A stretch of 64,000 nt of DNA from Bacillota bacterium (GCA_015059375.1 SVAN01000004.1:142-64141), one strand, 5' to 3'; shown: positions 15,757 through 25,743, counted from the stretch's first letter. Program-made: numbers and translations. Notes: a model not told the origin generated them from the letters alone.

Positions 15757-16824
15757 ATGAAAATAACAAAAGATGCAAAGGATAAGGATAAAGCATTAGA
15801 GCAAGTGTTAGCTGACATCCAAAAGCAATTTGGCGATGGTGCAATTATGAAACTAGGCACTGAAGAACACATTGAAATCGATACCACAGGAAGTGGTTCT
15901 TTAACACTAGATATAGCTTTAGGAGTTGGCGGGTATCCAAGGGGAAGAATAGTGGAAATATATGGCCCAGAAAGTAGTGGTAAAACGACTATTGCGTTAC
16001 AGGCCATTGCAGAAGTGCAAAGAGGTGGAGGACGTGCAGCGTTTATTGATGCTGAGCATGCGCTAGATCCTGTCTACGCTAGAAACTTAGGCGTAGATAT
16101 TAATGAATTGCTTTTGTCACAACCGGATACTGGGGAGCAAGCATTAGAAATTTGTGATGCTTTAGTAAAGAGTGAAGCCGTTGATATTGTTGTTATTGAT
16201 TCCGTAGCGGCTTTGGTTCCTCAAGCAGAAATTGATGGTGAGATGGGCGACTCTCATGTTGGGCTTCAAGCTCGCCTAATGAGCCAAGCATTAAGAAAAT
16301 TATCTGGTAGTATGAATAAAACTAAGACAACCGCAATATTCATTAATCAATTAAGAGAAAAAGTTGGCGTTTTATTTGGCAATCCCGAAACCACTCCAGG
16401 TGGTCGTGCTCTAAAATTTTATTCTAGTATTAGATTAGATGTGCGAAAAGGTGAACAGCTAAAAAGTGGTGATCAAATATTAGGTAATAAAATGAATATT
16501 AAAGTTGTAAAAAACAAAGTAGCACCACCATTTAAATCAGCGTCGGTAGATATTTTATATGGTGAAGGAATTTCACGTGAAGGCGAAATTGTTGATTTAG
16601 CAGCTGATTTAAATATAATTGAAAAAAGCGGTGCATGGTATTCTTACAAGGGCGAGAAAATTGGACAAGGAAGAGATAATGTTCGTAATCTTTTAAAAAG
16701 TGATAATAATTTATCTTTAGAATTGGAAAATCAAATACGAGAACACTATGGTTTTAAGTTAATAGATAATCCTAATGCTAATAATGATCAAAGTAAAAAT
16801 AAAAAAGAAAAGAATTTAAAGTAA
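15757..16824 (+). CDS. recA: recombinase RecA
   Basis: 355 aa. Walker [10 protein letters not shown], plus [10 protein letters not shown] and [34 protein letters not shown]. Confidence 0.97.
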   Translation: MKITKDAKDKDKALEQVLADIQKQFGDGAIMKLGTEEHIEIDTTGSGSLTLDIALGVGGYPRGRIVEIYGPESSGKTTIALQAIAEVQRGGGRAAFIDAEHALDPVYARNLGVDINELLLSQPDTGEQALEICDALVKSEAVDIVVIDSVAALVPQAEIDGEMGDSHVGLQARLMSQALRKLSGSMNKTKTTAIFINQLREKVGVLFGNPETTPGGRALKFYSSIRLDVRKGEQLKSGDQILGNKMNIKVVKNKVAPPFKSASVDILYGEGISREGEIVDLAADLNIIEKSGAWYSYKGEKIGQGRDNVRNLLKSDNNLSLELENQIREHYGFKLIDNPNANNDQSKNKKEKNLK

Positions 16825-16833
16825 AAAAATAAG

Positions 16834-16863
16834 TTGACAATCATAAAGTTAATAGTATATAAT
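16834..16863 (+). promoter_or_regulatory. putative sigma-A promoter of the infC-rpmI-rplT operon
   Basis: TTGACA (16834-16839), 18-nt spacer, TATAAT (16858-16863). Confidence 0.6.
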
Positions 16864-16865
16864 TG

Positions 16866-16980
16866 ATTTGTTATTTAAAGGAAAGCGATTAATATCCACC
16901 TGATTGACGAATGCGTTGATGGGTTAAAACCTAAATGTTGATTTTAGTTTTTAAGGTGGATAGAGATATCCATCTTTTAA
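16866..16980 (+). ncRNA. ribosomal protein L20 leader (attenuator) upstream of infC
   Basis: Position matches the Firmicute L20 leader. ATATCCACC (16892-16900) can pair with GGTGGATA (16955-16962). That segment alternatively forms the terminator GGTGGATAGAGATATCCATC followed by TTTT (16953-16980). Confidence 0.6.
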
Positions 16981-17001
16981 ATTGTATGGAGGCGATTTTT
17001 T

Positions 17002-17523
17002 ATAGCAAAGATTGAGGAATTACCAATCAATAACCAAATTAAGGTAGAAGAGTTAATGGTAATAGGGCCTAATGGGGAAAAGTTAGGTGTAAAAAAATTA
17101 AACGATGCTTTGACATTAGCAAATTACGCAGGATTAGACTTAGTTTTAATGAGTGGTAATACGGTTCCGGCTGTAGCTAAAGTAATGGATTATAATAAGT
17201 ACCGTTATGAAAAACAAAAGAAACTAAAAGAAGCTCAAAAAAAACAAAGAGAAAACAGTAAAGAAGTTAAAGAGTATCGTTTATCTGTAACAATCGACGT
17301 AGGAGATTTTGAAACCCGTCGTAAAAATGCGGCAGAATATCTAAAAAAAGGACATAAGATTAAAGCGTTTATTCGTTTTAAAGGAAGACAAATAGCTCAT
17401 CCAGAACTTGGATGCGATGTACTTTTAAGATTTGCGGATGCACTTTCAGATGTTGCAGATATTGAATCAAAACCTCAAATCGAAGGGCGTCAAGTATTTA
17501 TGATGTTATCGCCGAAAAAATAG
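17002..17523 (+). CDS. infC: translation initiation factor IF-3, non-AUG start
   Basis: The ORF-track version (17056) lacks the conserved N-terminus. The frame is open back to 16981 and encodes IAKIEELPINNQIKVEELMVIGPNGEKLGV. GGAGG lies at 16988-16992 with ATA at 17002, 9 nt downstream. The exact start codon is uncertain. Confidence 0.85.
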   Translation: MAKIEELPINNQIKVEELMVIGPNGEKLGVKKLNDALTLANYAGLDLVLMSGNTVPAVAKVMDYNKYRYEKQKKLKEAQKKQRENSKEVKEYRLSVTIDVGDFETRRKNAAEYLKKGHKIKAFIRFKGRQIAHPELGCDVLLRFADALSDVADIESKPQIEGRQVFMMLSPKK

Positions 17524-17539
17524 AAAGGATGTATTAAAA

Positions 17540-17734
17540 ATGGCAAAAAGCAAACAAAAAACACACAAAGCAAGTAGCAAAGTGTTAAACAAGAAGAAAA
17601 ACGGAACTATTACTTATAAGAAGAGTAATGGAAATCACAAAACTGGAAAGGATACAGCTAAAGCAGTTAGACAAAGAAGAAATAAAGGCGTTTTAGCTAA
17701 GGGAGAAAGAGCTAATCTTTCAAACGTAATATAA
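17540..17734 (+). CDS. rpmI: 50S ribosomal protein L35
   Basis: 64 aa, highly basic (MAKSKQKTHKASSK...). Sits between infC and rplT. Confidence 0.9.
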   Translation: MAKSKQKTHKASSKVLNKKKNGTITYKKSNGNHKTGKDTAKAVRQRRNKGVLAKGERANLSNVI

Positions 17735-17746
17735 GGGTGGTAAAAA

Positions 17747-18283
17747 ATGACAAGAGTTAAAGGTGGAACTGTTTCTAAAAATAGAAGAAGAAAAGTTTTA
17801 AAACAAGCAAAAGGATATTTTGGAAGTAAGCATAGATTATACAAAACAGCGCAAGAACAATTATTCCATAGTGGAGCATATGCTTATCGTGATCGTAAAC
17901 AAAATAAGAGAAATTTTAGAAAGTTATGGATTACAAGAATTAATGCTGCTTGTAGAATGAACGATATTAGTTATTCAAGATTTATTAGTGGTCTTACAAA
18001 AGCTAATGTTGAAATTAACCGTAAAATGTTAGCAGAACTTGCTATTGATGATGCAAAAGCTTTTACTGCTTTAGTAGAAACCGCTAAAAAAGTTTTAAAC
18101 GGTGAAGTAGTTAAAACTGCTGAAGTAAAAAAAGAAGTAGCTGCGAAACAACCTGCTAAAAAAGAAGTAAAAGAAGATTTAACAACTAAAACCCTTGCTG
18201 AATTAAAAACACTTGCAAAAGAATCTGGAATTAAAGGGTATTCTACATTAAAAAAAGAAGAATTAATTGAAAAATTAAAATAA
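17747..18283 (+). CDS. rplT: 50S ribosomal protein L20 with a ~60-aa C-terminal extension ending in a Rho_N/SAP-like motif
   Basis: The first ~118 aa are canonical L20 ([38 protein letters not shown]...). The extra tail ends in [30 protein letters not shown]. Confidence 0.9.
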   Translation: MTRVKGGTVSKNRRRKVLKQAKGYFGSKHRLYKTAQEQLFHSGAYAYRDRKQNKRNFRKLWITRINAACRMNDISYSRFISGLTKANVEINRKMLAELAIDDAKAFTALVETAKKVLNGEVVKTAEVKKEVAAKQPAKKEVKEDLTTKTLAELKTLAKESGIKGYSTLKKEELIEKLK

Positions 18284-18290
18284 TGTAATT

Positions 18291-18321
18291 AGGACTATTG
18301 AATTATCAATGGTCTTTTTTA
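18291..18321 (+). terminator. rho-independent terminator after rplT
   Basis: GACTATTG (18293-18300) pairs with CAATGGTC (18307-18314, one G-U), then T6. Confidence 0.65.
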
Positions 18322-18378
18322 ATTAATTATGGTATTAAAGATAAAGCTTTGTTATAATTGGTTATAGTGGTGGTAGTA

Positions 18379-20379
18379 ATGAATGAAAAATATAAACGAT
18401 TTTTAAAATATGGGATAATTGCGTTATTAATGGCCATTTTCTTGGAAATCTTTGTTTTTAATATAAATCATTTTGTTTCTTTGATGTATCCTAAAAGCGA
18501 AAAACTAGATTTTATAAAAAGCTATGGAGAATCAAATTATTATTCACACGCCAATTTAACGCTATATAGAACAACATATGAAGTTTCAAATATTAATAAA
18601 AAAATCAATAATATATTTTTAAATATTAATCCTAAAGAAAATGCTGAAATAGAATTGTTTTTAACTGATGAAGCTAATAAACTTTTATTTTCTGCAGGTA
18701 GTCATCAAGTAAGTTCTATAGTTGAAAAGAGTAATTTTATTAAAATAAATACCAGTGGAAAAAGCACTGATTTAAAACTTGAGGTTGTTACGCAAAAAAG
18801 TGATTTTAACATTCAGGAGATTTATATTAATAAAACTGTTCCAATATATTTTAATTTTCTTCGCTTCTTTTTGTGTATGGTCATCATTATAAGTGCGATA
18901 TGTTTTAAAAAATATAATCTCTTTTCTCACCAATTTGACGAATATAAATATAAATTTATCTTAATTTTTACTTTCTTTTTCCTTTTTATAGGTATATATA
19001 TATTTGTATACGCTAGTCCTCGAGCTAATGTTAATCTAAGCAGTAATGAGTATTCTGAACATAATCAGTATGTTTTCTTGGCTCAATCATTAAAACAAGG
19101 CAAATTTTCTATTGATTTACCCGTTACTGATAAACTCTTAGCTTTAGAAAATCCTTATGATTTTTATTATCGGGGAAAGCATTTAAAAATGAATGAAGAC
19201 TTTTATCTTGATTATGCTTTTTATAATGGTAAATATTATTCATATTTTGGCGTTGTTCCTTGTTTACTTTTGTATTTACCATTTAATTTAATAACTGGCA
19301 ATAGCTTGTATAATAGTTTTGCTTTATTGATAAGTTGTGTTTTTTATGTTATAGCAGCATTTTATTTAGTATATCAACTTTTTAAAAAGTATTTTCCTAA
19401 TGCTTCTTTTAAATGGTATTATCTTTTTTCACTTTTATTAAGTTTTGCATCCGGTATGTCTTATTTTTTACGACTTGGTCACTTTTATAATATTCCTATT
19501 GTAATGGGGGCAGCATTTACCATGTTGGGATTGGGACTATGGATAAAATCATCGCTTATAAAAGATATTAATAAAAAGTACTTACTCTTAGGTGCGGTTT
19601 GTATGGCTTTAGTTGCCGGATGTCGCCCTCAGATGTTATTAGCTTCATTTTTGATTTTTCCTATATTTTGGAATCAGATTAAATCGAAAGAAATTTTTAA
19701 AATAAAAAATATTATTTGTTTGGCAATTCCATATGTTATTGTTGCAGGATTTTTAATGTATTACAATTATGCAAGATTTGGTTCTGTGTTTGATTTTGGC
19801 GCTAATTACAACTTAACTAGCAATGATATGACTAAAAGAGGATTTGTATTTGATCGGATTTTCTTAGGCATTTATTCTTTCTTATTTGAATTCCCTAAAA
19901 TTAACGTGATTTTTCCATTTATTAATTATTATCATGTTTCAACTTTATATCACGGTATTACAATATCAGAAACTTTGGCGGGTGGCTTTTTTGCATTGAA
20001 TATTTTAGGTATTATTAATTTATTTATATTTAAGCTAAAAAAATTGTTTAAGGATAATAGTTTATATTACTTATCTTTATTTTCAATAATTTTTTCACTG
20101 ATTATTGTGATTGCAGATACACAAATGGCAGGATTAGTTCCAAGATATATAGGCGACTTTGGCTATTTACTTACACTTAGTACAATAATTATAGCGATGA
20201 CTATTTTAACTAACTATAAAGGAAATACCAAATTAATCAGCAAAATATTTATATATCTTATCTTGTTTTCTCTTTTATATAATTTCTTAGTTTATTTCAC
20301 TAGTGAACTAGTAATCGAAGAATATACTTATAAAAATATTTTTTATTATTTTTATTATCTTTTTATGTTCTGGTTATAA
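18379..20379 (+). CDS. large polytopic membrane protein of unknown function (topology reminiscent of GT-C/YfhO-type glycosyltransferases)
   Basis: 666 aa from ATG 18379. One N-terminal TM, a ~150-aa extracytoplasmic segment, then at least 12 hydrophobic segments. The functional call is inferred from topology only. Confidence 0.4.
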   Translation: MNEKYKRFLKYGIIALLMAIFLEIFVFNINHFVSLMYPKSEKLDFIKSYGESNYYSHANLTLYRTTYEVSNINKKINNIFLNINPKENAEIELFLTDEANKLLFSAGSHQVSSIVEKSNFIKINTSGKSTDLKLEVVTQKSDFNIQEIYINKTVPIYFNFLRFFLCMVIIISAICFKKYNLFSHQFDEYKYKFILIFTFFFLFIGIYIFVYASPRANVNLSSNEYSEHNQYVFLAQSLKQGKFSIDLPVTDKLLALENPYDFYYRGKHLKMNEDFYLDYAFYNGKYYSYFGVVPCLLLYLPFNLITGNSLYNSFALLISCVFYVIAAFYLVYQLFKKYFPNASFKWYYLFSLLLSFASGMSYFLRLGHFYNIPIVMGAAFTMLGLGLWIKSSLIKDINKKYLLLGAVCMALVAGCRPQMLLASFLIFPIFWNQIKSKEIFKIKNIICLAIPYVIVAGFLMYYNYARFGSVFDFGANYNLTSNDMTKRGFVFDRIFLGIYSFLFEFPKINVIFPFINYYHVSTLYHGITISETLAGGFFALNILGIINLFIFKLKKLFKDNSLYYLSLFSIIFSLIIVIADTQMAGLVPRYIGDFGYLLTLSTIIIAMTILTNYKGNTKLISKIFIYLILFSLLYNFLVYFTSELVIEEYTYKNIFYYFYYLFMFWL

Positions 20380-20466
20380 AGGCTTTTATATTATTGGTAA
20401 ATGTCAATTGCTCTTGATAAAGACCTAATATTTCGATATAATTATTTATGAAAAATAGGTGGAAGT

Positions 20467-21711
20467 ATGAGGAAAATCATAGCTAGTTTAGATATTGGTT
20501 CGAGTAGTATAAAACTTATTGTAGGAGAAATTCAAAAAAATAAGTTAAATGTTTTAGCTTGCATTGATGTTGTATCCCAAGGAATCAAAAAAGGTTACAT
20601 AGTTAATTCGGAAAGTGCTGAACTAGCACTTAAAGAAGCATTTAAGAAAGCTGAAGACCTACTGGGTTTACCCGTTAAAAAGGTTTTAGTAAGTGTACCT
20701 TCATATAATTTAGAAGGATTTATTTCTTCGGGATCAGTTACGATAACTAGTGATGATAAAGTGATTACTCATAATGATTTAATTAGAGCTATGCAAGCTA
20801 GTGTACATAACAAAGTTGGAGAAAGTAAAGAATTAGTATCGATTTTACCTACAAAGTTTATTATTAATGATGAGGAAGTAGTAAAAAGTCCTGTTAATAT
20901 GATTGCTAATAAATTAACAGTTAATGTTGTCGCAGTTGTTATTCCTAAAAATAATAGTTCTGCGATTATTAAATGCTTAGAAAAATTAGATATTAAAGTT
21001 ATTGATGTGTGTGTTAGTCCCTTAGCAGATTATTACGAATTTAAAAATTCAGAAACGAATCAAAATGTGGGAGCGATTGTTAATGTGGGCTATAGCAATA
21101 CAACAGTTTCGATATTTAACAAAGGCATTTTAACGGCTTGCGAAGTTATTGATATGGGAAGTAGTACGATTGATAATGATATTGCTTATGTTTTTAAAAT
21201 TGCCAAGAAAGATGCCAGTTATTTAAAAGAAAGATTGGTTGTAGCGGATATTCATGCGGCACAACCGGCAGAAACAATATTAGTTAAAGACGTTAATGGT
21301 GAAGCACTCAAAATTAATCAATATGATGTTAGTGCCGTTGCTATTTCTCGGTTAAATGAGCTCTTTAATTTGGTTAAAAAGCAAATTAACCTCTTAACAA
21401 AGAAAGAAATTAGTTATATAATAGTTTCAGGAGGAATAAGCGAGATTAACTATCTTGATCGCTTACTAGAGAATCTGTTTGGTGACGATGTAAAAATAGG
21501 CAGTGTATCAGAAATTGGAGCTCGCAGTAATAAATACTCTGTTGCATTAGGCATGATAAAATATTATAATAGTAGATTGAAATTAAGAAATGTAGAATTT
21601 TCGATATTTTCATTAGATGAGCAGGAAGATTTTGGAGGCACTCATAAGAGAGTTAATATTTCCGATAATTCGCTACTAGGGAAAATATATGGATATTTTT
21701 TTGATAATTAA
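20467..21711 (+). CDS. ftsA: cell division protein FtsA
   Basis: 414 aa. Actin-like ATPase N-terminus ASLDIGSSSIKLIVGE. Directly upstream of ftsZ. Confidence 0.9.
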   Translation: MRKIIASLDIGSSSIKLIVGEIQKNKLNVLACIDVVSQGIKKGYIVNSESAELALKEAFKKAEDLLGLPVKKVLVSVPSYNLEGFISSGSVTITSDDKVITHNDLIRAMQASVHNKVGESKELVSILPTKFIINDEEVVKSPVNMIANKLTVNVVAVVIPKNNSSAIIKCLEKLDIKVIDVCVSPLADYYEFKNSETNQNVGAIVNVGYSNTTVSIFNKGILTACEVIDMGSSTIDNDIAYVFKIAKKDASYLKERLVVADIHAAQPAETILVKDVNGEALKINQYDVSAVAISRLNELFNLVKKQINLLTKKEISYIIVSGGISEINYLDRLLENLFGDDVKIGSVSEIGARSNKYSVALGMIKYYNSRLKLRNVEFSIFSLDEQEDFGGTHKRVNISDNSLLGKIYGYFFDN

Positions 21712-21720
21712 GGAGGATAT

Positions 21721-22776
21721 ATGTCAGATTTATTAATGGATCAAATTGCCAAAATCAAAGTTATTGGTGTCGGTGGCGGTGGCTGTAATGCAGTTAACCG
21801 AATGATTGAAGAAGGCGTACAAAGTGTTGACTTTTATGTTGTGAATACTGATTTGCAAGTATTGAATGCATCACTTGCTACTAATAAAATACAAATTGGT
21901 AAAAATATAACTGGTGGTCGTGGGGCAGGAGCTAATCCAGAAGTTGGAAGGGCAGCAGCACTAGAAAGTAAAGCAGAATTAGAAGAAGCATTAACTGGAG
22001 CTGATATGGTTTTTGTAGCTTGTGGTTTAGGCGGCGGAACCGGAACTGGAGCTGCGCCTATTATTGCAGAAATTGCTCAAGAATTAGGGGCTTTAACAGT
22101 TGGTATTGTAACAAAGCCTTTTAAATTTGAAGGCAAAAGAAGAATGGAAAATGCTTTATTAGGATTAGATGATCTTAGAAAATCAGTAGATACCTTAATT
22201 GTTATTCCTAATGATCGTTTAAGAGATATTATTGATAAAACAACTTCATTTGACGATGCGTTTAAAGAAGTTGATAATGTTCTTCATCGTGGCGTTCAAT
22301 CAATTTCTGATTTGATTGCTGTTACTGGAGTAATTAACTTAGACTTTGCTGATGTTAAAACCGTAATGGAGAAAAGTGGTACAGCTATTATTGGTATTGG
22401 TTGTGCAGCTGGAGAAAATCGTTCAATTGAGGCTGCTAGACAAGCTGTTTCAAACTCACTTTTAGAAGAAACAATTGAAGGCGCTAGAAACGCGATTGTT
22501 AACGTAACAGGTGGAAATAATCTAACATTATTTGAAATTGAAGATGCAGTAGAAACTGTTAGAGAAGCTGCTAATAGTGATGTAAATATTATCTTCGGGG
22601 CTATTAAAAACGAAAATTTACAAGACGAGGTTATTGTTACTGTCATTGCGACTGGATTCGAAGATGAAGTTGGTGAAGAAGCTTTATTCGGTGGAGATGA
22701 GCTTCCAAAAAGAAAAACTCCTGAACTTTTAGATAATGATTATGAAATCCCTCCATTTTTAAGAAATAACGATTAA
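21721..22776 (+). CDS. ftsZ: cell division GTPase FtsZ
   Basis: 351 aa. [16 protein letters not shown], tubulin signature [11 protein letters not shown]-terminal peptide [10 protein letters not shown]. Confidence 0.97.
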   Translation: MSDLLMDQIAKIKVIGVGGGGCNAVNRMIEEGVQSVDFYVVNTDLQVLNASLATNKIQIGKNITGGRGAGANPEVGRAAALESKAELEEALTGADMVFVACGLGGGTGTGAAPIIAEIAQELGALTVGIVTKPFKFEGKRRMENALLGLDDLRKSVDTLIVIPNDRLRDIIDKTTSFDDAFKEVDNVLHRGVQSISDLIAVTGVINLDFADVKTVMEKSGTAIIGIGCAAGENRSIEAARQAVSNSLLEETIEGARNAIVNVTGGNNLTLFEIEDAVETVREAANSDVNIIFGAIKNENLQDEVIVTVIATGFEDEVGEEALFGGDELPKRKTPELLDNDYEIPPFLRNND

Positions 22777-22833
22777 AAAGAAAATCTGACAAAATTTTAA
22801 TAATAAATATAGTAAATTAAATTAGGTGATAGT

Positions 22834-23625
22834 ATGATAATATACGTAGACCTAATTTTTTTTATTAATTTTGCATATGATTTTTTATTGCTTTTAACAG
22901 TAGGGATTGTATTAAAAAGAAAGACAAATATATATCGACATCTTTTATCTGCAACCTTTGGCGGCTTGTCAATTTTTCTTTTATTTTTGCCGGGAAATGA
23001 GTATTTAATTTTTGGATTAAAGCTTATTGTTAGCGTTATCATGTGTTTAATTTCGTTTAAATATATTTCATTTCGTTATACATTAAATAATTTAAGTTAT
23101 TTATATATGACAAGTATTATTTTAGCGGGTTTTTTATATTATTTAGATACTAAGTTTTCTTATTCTCATCAAGGTTTAGTTTTCTTTTTTAATGGAATTT
23201 CAGTTAACTACCTTTTGTTAATGATTGTAGCTCCAATTATTTTAGTGGCATACATAATTAGTTCTAAAAAATTAAAAAGTACATATAACTTATATTATCA
23301 TCTTGAAATTTATTTTGATGATCTAAAAATAAGTTGTTTGGCCTTGTTTGATAATGGAAATAATTTAAAAGATCCTTTAACCAAGAAACCAGTAATAATT
23401 ATTAGTAAAAAGCTTTTAAAAGGAACCAATCATAATCGTGATCCAATGTATATACCTTATAACACTGTAAGTGGTAGCTCCGTTATGAAGTGTTATAAAC
23501 CCAGTTTTATTATTTTAAATGGTAAAAAAATATATAATTATTTAGTTGGTGAGAGTGACTATCGTTTTAGCGATGGTGTAGAAGGACTTTTGAACGTTAA
23601 ATTAATGGAGGATAAATATGTTTAA
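22834..23625 (+). CDS. spoIIGA: sigma-E processing peptidase SpoIIGA
   Basis: 263 aa. Five N-terminal TM segments plus a C-terminal protease domain with LFDNGNNLKDPLTKKPVIIIS. Overlaps sigE in the conserved ftsZ-spoIIGA-sigE-sigG order. Confidence 0.85.
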   Translation: MIIYVDLIFFINFAYDFLLLLTVGIVLKRKTNIYRHLLSATFGGLSIFLLFLPGNEYLIFGLKLIVSVIMCLISFKYISFRYTLNNLSYLYMTSIILAGFLYYLDTKFSYSHQGLVFFFNGISVNYLLLMIVAPIILVAYIISSKKLKSTYNLYYHLEIYFDDLKISCLALFDNGNNLKDPLTKKPVIIISKKLLKGTNHNRDPMYIPYNTVSGSSVMKCYKPSFIILNGKKIYNYLVGESDYRFSDGVEGLLNVKLMEDKYV

Positions 23626-24298
23626 AAAGTGGTTAAGAAAGATTTTCCAAAAATATCATGAGGTTTTTTTCGTCGGTGCGACCGATAAATTGCCCCCACC
23701 GTTGAATAAAGATGAAGAACTAGAATATGTCAAAAAAGCTAAGGCTGGAGATGAATGGGCTAAAAATAAGTTAATTGAGCACAATTTAAGATTAGTTGTT
23801 TTTTTAGCTAAAAAATATGAAAGTACGGGCTATGATTTAGAAGATTTAGTTTCTATTGGATCAATTGGATTAATAAAAGGAATTAATACATATAAAATAA
23901 ATAAAAATATTAAACTGGCTACTTATGCTAGTCGATGTATTTCTAACGAAATTTTAATGTATATTCGTAAAAATAAAAAAAGAAAAGTAGAAGTCAGTTT
24001 AGAAGAATCCTTGAATTATGATGCTGAAGGAAATGAGCTTCATTTAGAGGATGTTTTAGGAACCGAAGAAGACATAGTACCAAAGACTTTTGAAAATACA
24101 CTAAATAAAGAATTTTTAAATAAAGAAATTCAAAAATTAAATGCGCGAGATAAGGAAATAATGATTTTACGTTACGGGTTAAACAATACTAAAGAATATA
24201 CCCAAAAAGAGGTGGCAAAAATGTTAGGGATATCTCAATCTTATATTTCTCGCATTGAAAAAAAGGTTATAAATAATTTGCAAGTGTTAATTGGCTAG
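23618..24298 (+). CDS. sigE: sporulation sigma factor SigE (pro-sigma-E)
   Basis: 226 aa. Pro-sequence followed by the ...FFVGATDKLPPPLNKDEE junction, region 2 NLRLVVFLAKKY, region 4.2 HTH QKEVAKMLGISQSYISRIEKK. Confidence 0.92.
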   Translation: MFKKWLRKIFQKYHEVFFVGATDKLPPPLNKDEELEYVKKAKAGDEWAKNKLIEHNLRLVVFLAKKYESTGYDLEDLVSIGSIGLIKGINTYKINKNIKLATYASRCISNEILMYIRKNKKRKVEVSLEESLNYDAEGNELHLEDVLGTEEDIVPKTFENTLNKEFLNKEIQKLNARDKEIMILRYGLNNTKEYTQKEVAKMLGISQSYISRIEKKVINNLQVLIG

Positions 24299-24305
24299 TA
24301 TGAAT

Positions 24306-24351
24306 AAAAAGATTCCTTTTACCCCATTATAAAGGCGAAAGGAATCTTTTT
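24306..24351 (+). promoter_or_regulatory. perfect 14-bp hairpin between sigE and sigG that occludes the sigG RBS
   Basis: AAAAAGATTCCTTT (24306-24319) and AAAGGAATCTTTTT (24338-24351) are exact reverse complements. The 3' arm contains AAAGGA and ends 1 nt before the sigG ATG at 24352. Confidence 0.7.
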
Positions 24352-25128
24352 ATGAGCAAATACAAAGTGGATATTACAGGAATTAATACCAGTCAGTTAA
24401 AAGCGTTATCTCATGAACAAAATATGGAATTATTTAAAAAATTGAAAGCAGGAAACGAGGAAGCCAAAAATGAACTGATAAATGGAAATTTAAAGTTAGT
24501 ATTATCTATTTTAAAAGGTTTTAATAAACATAATTTAAATATGGATGATTTATTTCAAGTAGGGGTAATTGGTTTAATTAAAGCAATAGATAATTTTGAT
24601 ATTTCTTATAATTTGAAACTATCTACTTATGGTGTACCGCTTATTTTAGGAGAAATAAAAAAATATTTACGAGATAATACTTCAATTAGAGTTTCGCGGA
24701 GTATCAAAGATAATGCATATCAAATTTTAAGATTTAAAGAAGATTATATTAATGTTCACGGAAGAGAACCGAGTATAACAGAAATAAGCTGTGCTTTAGG
24801 GATGAAAGAATACGATATTGGTTATGCTTTGGAATCTTTAAGAGAACCAATGAGTATTTTTGAGCCAATATATAGTGATGGCGGTGATACCATTTATTTA
24901 GAAGATCAAATTGCGGATAAAAAAGAACAGAGCAAGGACCATGATATGTTAATATCCATGCATCGAGCGCTTCAAAAAATTGATGTTCGAGAAAGAAATG
25001 TTTTGATGGATAGATTTGTTGTCGGAAAAACCCAGTCAGAAATCGCTAGAATGTTAAATATTTCGCAAGCTCAGGTATCTCGAATTGAAAAAAATGCTAT
25101 GGCTAAAGTGCGAAAATTGATAAAATAA
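24352..25128 (+). CDS. sigG: sporulation sigma factor SigG
   Basis: 258 aa. SigF/G-type regions (GNLKLVLSILKGF, LSTYGVPLILGEIKKYLRDN, QSEIARMLNISQAQVSRIEKNA). Sits immediately after sigE. Confidence 0.9.
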   Translation: MSKYKVDITGINTSQLKALSHEQNMELFKKLKAGNEEAKNELINGNLKLVLSILKGFNKHNLNMDDLFQVGVIGLIKAIDNFDISYNLKLSTYGVPLILGEIKKYLRDNTSIRVSRSIKDNAYQILRFKEDYINVHGREPSITEISCALGMKEYDIGYALESLREPMSIFEPIYSDGGDTIYLEDQIADKKEQSKDHDMLISMHRALQKIDVRERNVLMDRFVVGKTQSEIARMLNISQAQVSRIEKNAMAKVRKLIK

Positions 25129-25170
25129 TGGTGCTATGTTATAATCTTTTAAGATATGTGAGGTAATAAA

Positions 25171-25680
25171 ATGATTGAAACTTGTATTGGAATATTTTTG
25201 GCAAGGGCGTGTGATGTATCACTAGGGACAATGCGAATGGTCTATGCTGTAAAGGGTAAAACGTTAATTGCCCCAATAATCGCTTTTATCGAAGTTTTTA
25301 TTTGGTTTATTGTAGCCAGAGAAGCGTTGAATACAACAATTGACTCACTTTGGATTCCAATTTGTTATTCAGCAGGCTATGCTACGGGAACAATGATTGG
25401 AACTTTTATATCAAATAATTTTGTTAATGGTCTTATTTGTATGCAGGTGATAACACAAAAAGATAATCATGAATTAATCGCGGCTGTTCGAGATCAAGGA
25501 TATGGAGTATCGATTGTCGCTTTAAAAAACGATTATGATGCTGTGGAAAAGGAAATGTTAATTATAGAAATTAATAAAAAAAGTCTTAAAGAATTGACTA
25601 ACTTAATCAAAAAGTATGATGCATCAGCTTTTATAATGGTTAATGAAACTAAATTAGTTCAAAATGGCTATATTAAATAG
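25171..25680 (+). CDS. UPF0316/DUF2179-family membrane protein
   Basis: 169 aa. Three TM segments plus a C-terminal soluble domain. The N-terminus ...ARACDVSLGTMRMVYAVKGK fits the UPF0316 pattern. A paralog lies at 45096-45599. Confidence 0.6.
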   Translation: MIETCIGIFLARACDVSLGTMRMVYAVKGKTLIAPIIAFIEVFIWFIVAREALNTTIDSLWIPICYSAGYATGTMIGTFISNNFVNGLICMQVITQKDNHELIAAVRDQGYGVSIVALKNDYDAVEKEMLIIEINKKSLKELTNLIKKYDASAFIMVNETKLVQNGYIK

Positions 25681-25743
25681 CAAAACGGTCATAAATTCCT
25701 TTACTTTGGTGAAAAAGCCGTGATATAATACTTGTGACATTTT

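Noticed and set aside
18379-20379. Linking the large GT-C-like membrane protein to glycosylation of the Ser/Thr/Asn-rich SipW-class proteins
   Set aside because: This rests only on topology and composition. The gene is 8 kb away in an unrelated context, and I could identify no glycosyltransferase catalytic motif by eye.
23330-23420. SpoIIGA protease-domain motif reads LFDNGNNLKDP, whereas I expected D-(T/S)-G-N
   Set aside because: I do not remember the family consensus reliably enough to call this a catalytic-site deviation. It needs an alignment before it can be called a finding.
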